Shown here one piece after another: positions 28,021-37,338 of a DNA stretch of 64,000 nucleotides (position 1 is its first letter; each line of letters begins with the position of its first letter). The stretch comes from Desulfurococcales archaeon (GTDB taxonomy: Archaea; Thermoproteota; Thermoprotei_A; Sulfolobales; Ignisphaeraceae): assembly GCA_028275745.1 (NCBI GenBank), contig JAPWUB010000001.1:38950-102949 (forward strand). The letters are read 5' to 3'. The notes beneath the pieces are model-generated. The model saw only the letters and a program-made list of their open reading frames with translations. It made no database searches and was not told the origin of the DNA. Made by a program: the position numbers and the translations under genes.

Positions 28021-28479
28021 ATGGATTTCAGCTATCAAAGAAGGCTGGCCGCAGAAATATTGGGTGTAGGCGAAAACAGGATCAGGTTTGATCCTGCAGC
28101 GCTTGATAAAGTGGAAGCAGCTATTACAAGGGAAGAGGTAAAGAAGCTCATTGATGAGGGAATCATTTACGCGGTTCAAGAGAGAAGGAATTCAAGGGGT
28201 CGAATAAGGGAATTTCATGAAGAACGTAAAGAGGGTAGGCATAGAGGTTATGGAAGAAGAAAAGGTGAGAAAGGGGCTAGGGCTGATCCTAAGACGCAGT
28301 GGATGAATAGAATAAGAAAGCTTAGGGCATTCTTAAAATGGTTACGTGATCATGGAATTATAGATAGAAGAACGTATAGGATGCTCTATAGAAAAGCAAA
28401 GGGAGGTGCATTTGATAGTTTAGTTTCTCTTAAGAGATATATGAAGGAGCATGGGCTACTTCCGCAGGATTATAAGTAG
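28021..28479 (+). CDS. rpl19e: 50S ribosomal protein L19e
   Basis: QRRLAAEILGVG, GRHRGYGRRKG, YRMLYRKAKGG. Confidence 0.97.
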   Translation: MDFSYQRRLAAEILGVGENRIRFDPAALDKVEAAITREEVKKLIDEGIIYAVQERRNSRGRIREFHEERKEGRHRGYGRRKGEKGARADPKTQWMNRIRKLRAFLKWLRDHGIIDRRTYRMLYRKAKGGAFDSLVSLKRYMKEHGLLPQDYK

Positions 28480-28493
28480 GTGATGAATAGGTT

Positions 28494-29141
28494 ATGGCGC
28501 GAGGTCCTAGCTATAAAGTTCCCAGAAAGAGAAGGTTATTAGGTAAGACAAATTATTACATGCGTTACAAACTACTTAAACGACATAAACACATAGTACT
28601 TGTAATAAGAAAGACGAATAAGTACGTGATTGCTCAGTTCATATATCCAACAGCTATAGGAGACTTCACATTAGTTGCCGCACATAGTAGGGAGCTTGTA
28701 AAGCTATTTGGTTGGAAAGCTGGTACAAAGAATACGCCTGCAGCATACCTAGTAGGATTATTAGCTGGTTTAAGAGCTCGAAAAATGGGCATAAAGTATG
28801 CTATTCCATATATTGGGTTGCACAGGCCCGTCAAAGGATCAAAGATTTTTGCAGTAATTAAAGGGGTGCTAGATGCGGGGGTAGAGGTTCCTGTTGATAG
28901 GGAGATGCTACCTGATGATAATAGAATAAAAGGTGTTACAATAGCAGAATACGCAAAAATGCTAAGTGAACAGAATCCAGATAAGTTCAGGAGGCAGTTC
29001 TCAGCACTACTGGCTCAAGGGTTTGATCCTAGGAACATGGTTGAACACTTTGAACAGGTTAAAAATCTTATTCTACAGGTATACTCAAATATTCCAGAGA
29101 GTAAGGAGGCAGAGAATGTGATTGAGCAGTTACCTAGGTGA
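28494..29141 (+). CDS. rpl18: 50S ribosomal protein L18 (uL18)
   Basis: [36 protein letters not shown]. Confidence 0.97.
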   Translation: MARGPSYKVPRKRRLLGKTNYYMRYKLLKRHKHIVLVIRKTNKYVIAQFIYPTAIGDFTLVAAHSRELVKLFGWKAGTKNTPAAYLVGLLAGLRARKMGIKYAIPYIGLHRPVKGSKIFAVIKGVLDAGVEVPVDREMLPDDNRIKGVTIAEYAKMLSEQNPDKFRRQFSALLAQGFDPRNMVEHFEQVKNLILQVYSNIPESKEAENVIEQLPR

Positions 29142-29161
29142 AATTAAGTGGGGTGGTTTGG

Positions 29162-29803
29162 ATGAGTAGCAGTATAAATATTGAGGAGTGGACGCCTAGA
29201 ACAAGAGTTGGATGGATGGTAAAGGAGGGCAAAATAACATCAATAGATCAAATATTCGCATTAAACTTGCCTATCATGGAACCTGAGATTGTCGACATTT
29301 TACTGCCTAACCTGAAGTATGAGGTATTAGATGTTGTGTTGGTTCAAAAAATGACTGATGCTGGTAGGATATCTAGGTTTAGGGTTGTTGTAGCAGCTGG
29401 AAATGAGAATGGGTATGTAGGGGTTGGAGTGGGTAAAGCAAAGCAACTTAGAACAGCGATTGAGAAAGCCCTTATCGATGCAAAGCTCAATATTGTTCCG
29501 GTAAGGAGAGGTTGTGGTAGCTGGGAATGCAACTGTAAAGAACCTCATTCTGTGCCATTTAGGGTTAAAGGAAAGAGTGGTAGCGTTGAAATAGTTCTAA
29601 TTCCAGCACCTCTAGGTACGGGTCTTGTAGCAGGTGATACGGCAAAGGCCATTCTCAGGCTAGCAGGGATAAGGGATGTATGGACCTTTACTAGAGGCGA
29701 GACAAGAACAACAATAAACTTTGCAAAAGCAGTTTATAACGCACTTAAGAACACAAATAAGCTTGTAACGCCAGCTGATTGGGGTAAGAAGGCATGGGAG
29801 TAG
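29162..29803 (+). CDS. rps5: 30S ribosomal protein S5 (uS5)
   Basis: [38 protein letters not shown]. Confidence 0.98.
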   Translation: MSSSINIEEWTPRTRVGWMVKEGKITSIDQIFALNLPIMEPEIVDILLPNLKYEVLDVVLVQKMTDAGRISRFRVVVAAGNENGYVGVGVGKAKQLRTAIEKALIDAKLNIVPVRRGCGSWECNCKEPHSVPFRVKGKSGSVEIVLIPAPLGTGLVAGDTAKAILRLAGIRDVWTFTRGETRTTINFAKAVYNALKNTNKLVTPADWGKKAWE

Positions 29804-30327
29804 AGAAATTAAAGTCTATAGAAGGTAAAGAACAGGAGATTACACAACAGGCACCAGTATATGCAGTGATCAGGATAAGAGGAATGGTAGGAGTACCATA
29901 TGATGTTGCGTACACATTAAGATTGCTAAGGCTTACGAGGAAGTTTCATTGTGTTATATATCCTGCAACCCCATCAGTAATAGGAATGCTAGAAAAAGCT
30001 AAGGATTGGATAACATGGGGAGAGATAGATTATGAAACACTTGTTGAGTTACTTAAGAAGAGGGGGCGGATTAGAGGAAATAAACCATTAACAGATGAAT
30101 ATGTACAAAAGGTGCTAGGGCTTTCAGGGATAGAGGATCTAGCCAGAAAGATACTAGAAGGCAAGCTAGTATTTCACAAGCTTGAGGATTACGGAATTAA
30201 GCCGGTGTTTAGACTTCATCCACCAAAGAAAGGATTTAAAGGTAGCATCAAGAAACCCTATAAGGATGGAGGTGAATTAGGTTATAGAGGTAAAGCAATA
30301 AATGAGCTCTTAAAGAGGATGATATGA
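29794..30327 (+). CDS. rpl30: 50S ribosomal protein L30 (uL30)
   Basis: [33 protein letters not shown]. Confidence 0.97.
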   Translation: MGVEKLKSIEGKEQEITQQAPVYAVIRIRGMVGVPYDVAYTLRLLRLTRKFHCVIYPATPSVIGMLEKAKDWITWGEIDYETLVELLKKRGRIRGNKPLTDEYVQKVLGLSGIEDLARKILEGKLVFHKLEDYGIKPVFRLHPPKKGFKGSIKKPYKDGGELGYRGKAINELLKRMI

Positions 30328-30328
30328 T

Positions 30329-30790
30329 ATGGTTGTGCGTAGAGAGAAAAAAAGTAGGAAAATGCATGGCTACAGAAACAGGGGTTGGGGTAGTATAGGT
30401 CAGCATAGGAAGTCAGGATCACGAGGAGGTAGAGGTGCAGCAGGTTTCCACAAACATAAGTGGACTTGGGTTCTGAAGTACTTCAGAGACTGGTTTGGCA
30501 AAGAAGGCTTCCTTCCAAGAAGGAGCAGAACAGAATACAAAACAATAAACTTAGATCAATTAAATGAGATTGTAAAGAAAATGATGCAATCAGGTTCAGC
30601 TGTGATGGAGGATGGAAGGGTTGTTGTTAATCTGGCTTCAATGGGGATAAATAAGTTGCTTGGCAATGGTAGGATAGAATACCCAGTGAAAGTCATAGTA
30701 TTCAGTTGTTCAGAGAAAGCAAGAGAAAAGATAGAAAAAGCTGGTGGTATAGTACAAACCCTCTCTCCCATTGCTTCACAAAGTAGCTAA
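30329..30790 (+). CDS. rpl15: 50S ribosomal protein L15 (uL15)
   Basis: GWGSIGQHRKSGSRGGRG, KLLGNG, SEKAREKIEKAGG. Confidence 0.97.
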   Translation: MVVRREKKSRKMHGYRNRGWGSIGQHRKSGSRGGRGAAGFHKHKWTWVLKYFRDWFGKEGFLPRRSRTEYKTINLDQLNEIVKKMMQSGSAVMEDGRVVVNLASMGINKLLGNGRIEYPVKVIVFSCSEKAREKIEKAGGIVQTLSPIASQSS

Positions 30791-30892
30791 ATTTATTAAT
30801 TTTGCGTCCTTTTGCAATAGAGTTTTCTCTGTCAAATTTGCAGTGAGCTTTTATTTCCTTTACTAAGGGAAGTTTTAGTGTACAAGTAGTAT

Positions 30893-32287
30893 TTGACAAG
30901 CTTGGGGCCTAAAATGAGGTTCATGAATATTTTAGCAATGTTAGGCAAGGTAGTACCATCAGCTCCTAAACCTGTGAAAAAAGTTCCTCTAGGTAGGAGA
31001 ATCATCTACACAATACTTGCTGCAATAGCTTACATTATGTTAGCGTCTACACCTCTCTATGGTATTGAACTTGGAAGGCAAGGAGCGTTTGGAGCGTCGC
31101 CATTGCTAAGCATAATGCTTGCAATGCAATCCGGTACCTTTGCACAACTTGGAATAGGTCCTATAGTTACAGCAGGTTTAATTCTACAAATACTTGCCGG
31201 AGCAAAACTTATAGATGTTGACTTTAATGACCCTGAGGATAGGGCTCAGTTTACGCTGGCAACTAAAGGGTTGGCAATTATACTTGCCGTTGTGGAAGCT
31301 ACAGGCTTTGTTGTTAGTGGAACTTATTGGACTATTCCACAAGCCGTTCCACTATGGATTAAGGTTGCTGTTGTAATTCAGCTGACGTGGGGGGCATTGG
31401 TGCTGATAATGTTGGATGAAGCTATTCAAAAGGGCTGGGGTCTTGGTAGCGGAGTAAGTCTTTTCATTTTACTAGGTGTTTCGTGGAGGTTCTTCGGCGA
31501 TTTGCTGACTACAGAAAAGGTTGGAAATGTTACATTTGGTCTAATACCATACATTATCGACTCCATATCTACGGGTCAGTTTAATTTCTGGGACGTCTTC
31601 ATAGGAAGATTGCGTGGCGGTTACCCAACTATTGTAGGGCTTATAGTGACAATAGCCCTAATGCTTATTATAGCATACTTAACAGTTGCAAGAATAAACA
31701 TACCAATTGTTATTAGCAGATATGGAGGTCTAAAGACTAAGGTACCGCTTCAGCTACTCTATGTATCAAATATACCTGTTCTGCTTACAGGTATTGTTAT
31801 ATCAGATATACTGCTATTCCTAAACTTACTTCAAGGCTATATAGGTGCGAATACTGTTCTTACAATACGCGCCTACCTATCGCCACCAACAATATTCAGT
31901 TTTATTGATAGACCATGGCAAGCCCTAGTGTACATTGTTATGTTCTTAGCGATGTGCGTGTTATTTGGTATTCTGTGGGTTGAAATAGCGGGTCTAAACC
32001 CCGAGGCCCAAGCAGAAAACCTCATAAATGCTGGTCTTGAGATACCTGGTATGAGAAAGAACCCAAGAGCGCTAGCATCATATTTAGCAAGGTATATCTA
32101 TCCACTTACAGCATTTAGTTCTCTCGTTGTAGCTATAATTGCCTTGGTAGGAGACTTATTTGGAAGTTTTGGTACAGGTGTAGGAATACTACTTGCTGTA
32201 GGCATACTCTATAACTACTATCAGATACTAGTATATGAGCAAGCCATTGAAGCATATCCACTGCTTAGGAGGCTCGTAGGCGAGTAA
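30893..32287 (+). CDS. secY: preprotein translocase subunit SecY
   Basis: QLGIGPIVTAGLILQIL, GWGLGSGVSLFI, LLYVSNIPV, LEIPGMRKNP, GTGVGILLAVGI; start may be ATG 30914. Confidence 0.97.
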   Translation: MTSLGPKMRFMNILAMLGKVVPSAPKPVKKVPLGRRIIYTILAAIAYIMLASTPLYGIELGRQGAFGASPLLSIMLAMQSGTFAQLGIGPIVTAGLILQILAGAKLIDVDFNDPEDRAQFTLATKGLAIILAVVEATGFVVSGTYWTIPQAVPLWIKVAVVIQLTWGALVLIMLDEAIQKGWGLGSGVSLFILLGVSWRFFGDLLTTEKVGNVTFGLIPYIIDSISTGQFNFWDVFIGRLRGGYPTIVGLIVTIALMLIIAYLTVARINIPIVISRYGGLKTKVPLQLLYVSNIPVLLTGIVISDILLFLNLLQGYIGANTVLTIRAYLSPPTIFSFIDRPWQALVYIVMFLAMCVLFGILWVEIAGLNPEAQAENLINAGLEIPGMRKNPRALASYLARYIYPLTAFSSLVVAIIALVGDLFGSFGTGVGILLAVGILYNYYQILVYEQAIEAYPLLRRLVGE

Positions 32288-32290
32288 CGA

Positions 32291-32752
32291 ATGAATACTG
32301 TAATAATGCTGGCAATTGTGGTAAGTATTAGCACCAATATTTTAGCGCTTTATGGTGTTTCAAGCATTGTTCAACGATTCAAAGCTCTGCAAAATGATGT
32401 ACGAATAGATAGGTCACTAAGAAAGGCCTACATAAGCAGAAAGAAGCGTGAAGCTGTAGCAACGCAAGTACGTAAGATTAGGGGGCAGATCTCAAAATTA
32501 ACGCTATTTCACTTCCTAATACCTTTTTCAGCATATATACTGACGCTAGTTCTCTACATGATATTTTCAATAATTATCTTTAAGGAATATGTAATGTACG
32601 TCTATATGTATGATCTTTGCTTAGCTCCTATCCCCATCGCCTACCCATTTAATAATATATGCACAGTTTCGATAATGTGGATAAACTTCCTGGTTTTTAT
32701 TATATTCTTCCCACTCTATGATTACTTAACTAAGAAATATCTTGGCGAATAG
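32291..32752 (+). CDS. membrane protein, probable DUF106/EMC3-TMCO1 (Oxa1-superfamily) homolog
   Basis: TM - basic coiled coil - TM - TM topology, in the secY...L34e position this family normally occupies. Confidence 0.6.
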   Translation: MNTVIMLAIVVSISTNILALYGVSSIVQRFKALQNDVRIDRSLRKAYISRKKREAVATQVRKIRGQISKLTLFHFLIPFSAYILTLVLYMIFSIIIFKEYVMYVYMYDLCLAPIPIAYPFNNICTVSIMWINFLVFIIFFPLYDYLTKKYLGE

Positions 32753-32861
32753 ATTTTTGTAGGTAAGGTCCGCCAACTAGAGTAAGCTTATAAGCAAACA
32801 GCAAAAAGAAGTGATTTGAAACTATTACAGTTACAGACAATGATAAGAGGTTGTCGATGCT

Positions 32862-33137
32862 ATGGTTAGACCCATGCAAAGATCGAGATCTTTAAAAAGA
32901 GTCTACAGAAGAACACCAGGAGGTAAGACAGTAGTGCACTATGAAAGAAGAAAGAGAACCCCAATGAGATGTGCACGATGCGGCACTATCCTGTTTGGCG
33001 TTCCAACAACAGATGAACTTAGAAGAAGCTTACCAAAATCCTCAAAACGCCCTGAGAGAATATTTGGCGGATTCCTTTGTGCTCGTTGCTTAAGGGAGGT
33101 ACTAAAGCAAGTGGTGAGAGAATCTGTGTCTCGATAA
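32862..33137 (+). CDS. rpl34e: 50S ribosomal protein L34e
   Basis: RRTPGGKTVVHY, CARCG, SSKRPERIFGGFLCARC. Confidence 0.97.
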   Translation: MVRPMQRSRSLKRVYRRTPGGKTVVHYERRKRTPMRCARCGTILFGVPTTDELRRSLPKSSKRPERIFGGFLCARCLREVLKQVVRESVSR

Positions 33138-33675
33138 GGTAGTCATAGCTATTGGGGGACCTTCTGGCAGCGGAAAGACTACAGTGGCAAAGCTTCTTGC
33201 GCAAAAGCTTGGGCTTCGTCATGTATCTGTTGGGCAACTCTTTAGAAGAATTGCTGAAGAAAGAGGCTTAACATTAGCTCAGTTATCAGAACTAGCAGAG
33301 AGGGATCCAACTATAGATCTAATGCTTGATAATCTTGCTAGAAAGGAAGCTGAGAAAGGTGCTGTTGTAATAGACGGTCATGTAGCGCCATGGCTTTTAA
33401 AAGATGTGGCAACTCTGCGCATAGCAATAGTTGCCAGCTTTGAAACGCGTATTAAGCGACTTGCTCAAAGAGATGGTAAACCCATAGAGGAGGTCAAGAA
33501 AGAAACATTACAGAGGGAAGAATCAGAGCGCAGAAGGTATCTAAGGCTCTACAATATCGATATATCAAACTTCTCTGAGTTTGACCTTGTGATTAACAGT
33601 GAAAGATTTTCGCCAGATGATATAGTTGAGATAATATTGAAAGCGCTTGAAGCAATATGTAAAGGCAGGAAATAA
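33124..33675 (+). CDS. cmk: cytidylate kinase
   Basis: frame extends upstream of the track start to include VVIAIGGPSGSGKTT; SVGQLFR, VIDGH, RIAQRD-like RLAQRDG; probable CTG start at 33124. Confidence 0.92.
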   Translation: MCLDKVVIAIGGPSGSGKTTVAKLLAQKLGLRHVSVGQLFRRIAEERGLTLAQLSELAERDPTIDLMLDNLARKEAEKGAVVIDGHVAPWLLKDVATLRIAIVASFETRIKRLAQRDGKPIEEVKKETLQREESERRRYLRLYNIDISNFSEFDLVINSERFSPDDIVEIILKALEAICKGRK

Positions 33676-33734
33676 ATGCGGTAAGTAGACGATAAATTGA
33701 TGCAGTGTTATCTGGAATCAAAGGTGGTAACTAA

Positions 33735-34448
33735 ATGTTAAAATCGGCTTCAAAGATTTTAGAAGCTTTATCAATGCTCGTACCCCTAGTTATTGTAAGT
33801 ATAGTAATACTTCGCTTTAAAGATTTGCTCTTCAGTGCATTTATGAAAATGAATTTGGGTTTTGCTTCGTTTCTTATATCCTTTGTGGCATCACTTTCAA
33901 TAGTTCCAATACCGAGTACATACATACTTTTTTCTTTAGTAGCATTAAATAAAGGGCTTTCATATAGATTGGTAGTAGTTATGGCATTAACTGGAGGATT
34001 AGGGGCAGCATTAGGAGAAGCCGTGGCTTGGATTATAGGAAAGGCAAGTGGCAAGGTACTGGAAAACACAGTGTATATGGAGCGTATCTCTGCGTTAATA
34101 AAGCTTATTAATATGTGGGGGTATGGGGCTGTAGCATTACTTGTATTTATTTTTGCATTTACTATGCTACCGGATAAGATAATTTATTTACCTCTTGGTA
34201 TGATGGGGTATAGTTTATGGAAAATACTGCCCATCACTATTCTAGGCAAAATACTCATGTTACTTGTAGTACTTACTGCAGGCAAAGTTATGGGTGATAT
34301 TTTAGAGGAGCATCCAATACTCAGCACAGAAATCACATTCCTAATTATGATAGCTCTACTAGTAGTTGTTATGCTTTTACTTATTACGATAGACTGGAGC
34401 ACAATAGTTTTACGTATCATTGAGAGAAGAAGTGCTAAGGCAAAATAA
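33735..34448 (+). CDS. DedA/VTT (SNARE-associated) membrane protein
   Basis: SIVPIPSTY, GLGAALGEAVAWIIG, FAFTMLPD..YLPLG, ILGKI. Confidence 0.85.
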   Translation: MLKSASKILEALSMLVPLVIVSIVILRFKDLLFSAFMKMNLGFASFLISFVASLSIVPIPSTYILFSLVALNKGLSYRLVVVMALTGGLGAALGEAVAWIIGKASGKVLENTVYMERISALIKLINMWGYGAVALLVFIFAFTMLPDKIIYLPLGMMGYSLWKILPITILGKILMLLVVLTAGKVMGDILEEHPILSTEITFLIMIALLVVVMLLLITIDWSTIVLRIIERRSAKAK

Positions 34449-34490
34449 AACCTTATTACAGCATTGAGTAATCTAGTTTTTACAATTCAA

Positions 34491-34569
34491 GGGCCCGTAG
34501 CTCAGCCAGGATTAGAGCGCCGGCCTCCGGAGCCGGTGGTCCGGGGTTCAAATCCCCGCGGGCCCGCCA
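34491..34569 (+). tRNA. tRNA-Arg(CCG)
   Basis: acceptor GGGCCCG/CGGGCCC, anticodon arm CCGGC-CT-CCG-GA-GCCGG, T loop GGTTCAAATCC, encoded CCA. Confidence 0.97.
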
Positions 34570-34634
34570 TTTCCATATACATTTTCAATTCTTGAGAGCA
34601 GAAGAATATTATTATATCTTCTCTTATTTAATAT

Positions 34635-34722
34635 TGGCGCCGGGGGCGGGATTTGAACCCGCGCGGGGATTACCCCCACCGGCTCTCCAGGCCGGCCCCT
34701 TAGACCGCTCGGGCACCCCGGC
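34635..34722 (-). tRNA. tRNA-Ser(GGA)
   Basis: acceptor GCCGGGG/CCCCGGC, anticodon CT-GGA-GA, long variable arm, G73 and encoded CCA. Confidence 0.97.
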
Positions 34723-34782
34723 GCTTAGCAATTTTTACAGTACACAAATCTTTAGAGTATTTTGTGCTTTATATTTCTAACG

Positions 34783-35388
34783 TTAAATTAGTTTTCTTGA
34801 AAATAGTAGTCTGTATCCTTTTTTTGCTACCTTTATTTCTACATTTCCAAATACCTCTTGCATAAGTTTCTTAGCTTTTTCATAACCCTTTCTCATAACT
34901 AGTTGTAGTGTGCCATTAGGCTTTAGATGCTGCGGAGCCTCCCTTATTATTCTCTCTACTATTTGAAGCCCTGCCACTGGTGGTGGACTACTATATATAG
35001 CGTCGAAGGTGAGTCCTTTTACAGCATCGTATAGGTCTCCTTGCAATACTATTACTCTACTAGGATCCAGACCATTTCTTAAAACGTTTCTCTTGGCTAA
35101 TCTTGTAGCCTCGCTATTGATATCAACCATATATACAATTAATTTAGGGTTTAGCTTCGCTATTGTTATTCCTATTGCTCCATATCCGCAACCAATATCA
35201 AGTACCATACCTTCAGATGGTATCTCAACGTGCTCTAGCAGCAGCTTTATTCCAAAGTCAATTCTTTTATATGAGAATATGCCTGGGGCAACTTCAAATT
35301 CTACAGTAACACCTCTAATAAAATCTGATATAAGGAGATACTGAGACTCTCTCTTGCGTGATTGTTTATGGTGGTACTCATTGACCAC
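34783..35388 (-). CDS. RsmC-like small class I SAM methyltransferase
   Basis: PGIFSYKRIDFG..LL, VLDIGCGYGAIG, DAIYSSPP (NPP variant), KKGYRL. Confidence 0.88.
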   Translation of the reverse strand: MVNEYHHKQSRKRESQYLLISDFIRGVTVEFEVAPGIFSYKRIDFGIKLLLEHVEIPSEGMVLDIGCGYGAIGITIAKLNPKLIVYMVDINSEATRLAKRNVLRNGLDPSRVIVLQGDLYDAVKGLTFDAIYSSPPPVAGLQIVERIIREAPQHLKPNGTLQLVMRKGYEKAKKLMQEVFGNVEIKVAKKGYRLLFSRKLI

Positions 35389-36468
35389 TTTGAGATTCCT
35401 TCTCAGCTTTCTTCCACAAAGGTGGATAAATACCGCGATCCATTACTACACGCTCAATTCTTACAGCTATGCCTTTTACATTTTTCGCAATCTCTTCTGC
35501 GCTCATCTCACTTTTACCCACAGCAACAAGCTCACCCTTTAGAGTAAATATTGCGACTCTATCCCCCTTCTTTATGTCATTAGAGAGGGCAGCGATACCT
35601 GGTATAGCTAATTGTGCGCCATGAGCAACAGCATCAACTGCAGAGTCCTTGATTATTACCTTTGGCAGGTTTGCAACTATGTATTCACCAGGTAAGATAA
35701 CCCTACGTAATAACGTGTCGTCACCGTAATTTTTCCACAAATACGTTGCTTCGCTAACCTCATGTAACGTTACTATGGGCAGGCTTTCTCTAATATGTGC
35801 AACAGCTGTTCTTCGCAGTTCCCTCATATGTGCTTCCACACCAAGTATTAAGCCGATGTCGTGACACAGTTTTCTTATGTATGTACCAGACTCACATCTA
35901 ACCCTAAACAGTACGTGCCTACCTACAATCTCAAGAAGCTCTATCTCATAAATCTCTTTAACTCTTAAAGACCTCTTTACAGAGGATCTCAAAGGAGGCC
36001 TTTGAAATATCTTACCCACGAACATCTGCATTACTTGACGAAGCTTCTCTACATCTACTTCAGCGTGCAGCTCCATAAGTGCAACATATTCCTTGTAAGA
36101 GTGCATCAACAGCCCTATTACTCTTGTAGCCTTCTCCAGTGCTATTGGAAGTACTCCTGTTACCTTTGGATATCCCCACCCTAACCACCTTAATAAGGTG
36201 GTTAGGGTTCTAGGGTGCCTCCATGTCCAGCCTTCTTAACATTAAGTATTTTCTTAACCCATGCAACAACTTCGTGACTTGTAGGACCAGGCGGTTTATC
36301 TAGAGGTATAAATCCATACTGAATATATACATCAATAGGCCTTTCAAATGGATAAAAACCATATTTAGGATCAGTAGGTTCCTCAGACTTAATGAGATAC
36401 TCTGATTTTCGCCCTGCCAATTCATCCAATTTTCTTATGAAATCAAATCCTTTCCTATCTAAACTCAT
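35378..36468 (-). CDS. cbf5: H/ACA pseudouridine synthase Cbf5, split by an intron (exon 1 ~36468-36210, exon 2 36171-35378)
   Basis: exon 1 [22 protein letters not shown]; after removing 38 nt the frame reads [23 protein letters not shown] into the 243-aa ORF ([16 protein letters not shown] domain). Confidence 0.95.
36172..36209 (-). other. 38-nt archaeal BHB intron in cbf5 pre-mRNA
   Basis: CCCT/GGGG 4-bp helix flanked by AGA and ATA bulges; intron folds into a perfect 14-bp hairpin ACCCTAACCACCTT-ATT-AAGGTGGTTAGGGT; interrupts the catalytic Asp codon. Confidence 0.92.
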
Positions 36469-36548
36469 TAGTAAAGCCCTATTACTTAATTCTAGTTCCA
36501 CAAATTAAGTGTTATGTTAAATATTCAAAACAAGATGATAAAACAACT

Positions 36549-36860
36549 TTATTGTTTAACAAGCAATGCTGGCGTTAGCTTTACCTTTATTCTTTCCTTC
36601 ATAAACTCAGTTAATCCTGCTTGCTCTATTGCTTTCAAAACCTCTTCGTCTGAAGCACCTTTAGGGATCTCAATTTTTTTATCCAATACCTCTAGGTGAT
36701 TAATATTACATCTCCTTCTCTTCACACCAGTTAGGCTTTTAGGACCCGTTACCAACACAAAATTCTCATCTATGATATCCACTATTACACACTTTCGACC
36801 TGCTTCTCTACCAGCGATTTTCACACATATTCTTCCCACTTCTATTGCAGGCACAGACAT
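36549..36860 (-). CDS. rpl14e: 50S ribosomal protein L14e
   Basis: [44 protein letters not shown]. Confidence 0.97.
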   Translation of the reverse strand: MSVPAIEVGRICVKIAGREAGRKCVIVDIIDENFVLVTGPKSLTGVKRRRCNINHLEVLDKKIEIPKGASDEEVLKAIEQAGLTEFMKERIKVKLTPALLVKQ

Positions 36861-36972
36861 CACCTTTCTCTTTCGCAAATACCTAGTAAAAATGATTGGG
36901 TTTTTAAGCTAATGCACTACTGCCTTATTTATTAGGCGAGGGCGAATCGCTTAGATGCAGGAGGTCTGCACA

Positions 36973-37248
36973 ATGGTTCGGGTCAAAGTAAAACTGTTTT
37001 CACTATATAGAGATTTATTTAAATCTTCAGAGCTCGAACTTGAGGTAGATGGTGAGGAGATCAAGGTTAGTGATGTAATAAAGACTTTAACATCGCTTAA
37101 CACAAGGTTTGAACGGGTTCTTGAACGTTTTCCTCCAGTGATACTAGTTAGAGGTCTTCCAGTAAAGGAAGAGGATAAAGTTAAAGATGGTGACGAGGTT
37201 GTGTTCCTACCTCCAGCTTCTGGTGGTTTAATGCACAAGTTAAGCTAA
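36973..37248 (+). CDS. MoaD/ThiS/SAMP ubiquitin-like protein with C-terminal extension
   Basis: VKVKLFSLYRD, VKDGDEVVFLPPASGG followed by LMHKLS. Confidence 0.85.
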   Translation: MVRVKVKLFSLYRDLFKSSELELEVDGEEIKVSDVIKTLTSLNTRFERVLERFPPVILVRGLPVKEEDKVKDGDEVVFLPPASGGLMHKLS

Positions 37249-37289
37249 GAATAGTTAATCTGTGTAACTAATTTTTACAGACATATTGA

Positions 37290-37338
37290 GTGATGAAATG
37301 TAGCAAATCTGATGAGATGATGTGGGGCTCTAACCTGA
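37290..37338 (+). ncRNA. box C/D methylation-guide sRNA
   Basis: C GTGATGA 37290-37296, guide AATGTAGCAAAT, D' CTGA 37309-37312, C' ATGATGT 37317-37323, guide GGGGCTCTAAC, D CTGA 37335-37338. Confidence 0.85.

Noticed and set aside
34491-34722. tRNA pair as an integration site for a mobile element
   Set aside because: No integrase, no duplicated tRNA 3' end and no foreign gene block nearby
34592-34780. 62-aa ORF in the track
   Set aside because: Antisense shadow of tRNA-Ser
35378-36501. cbf5 as a frameshifted pseudogene or two separate genes
   Set aside because: Fully explained by a 38-nt BHB intron at the known site
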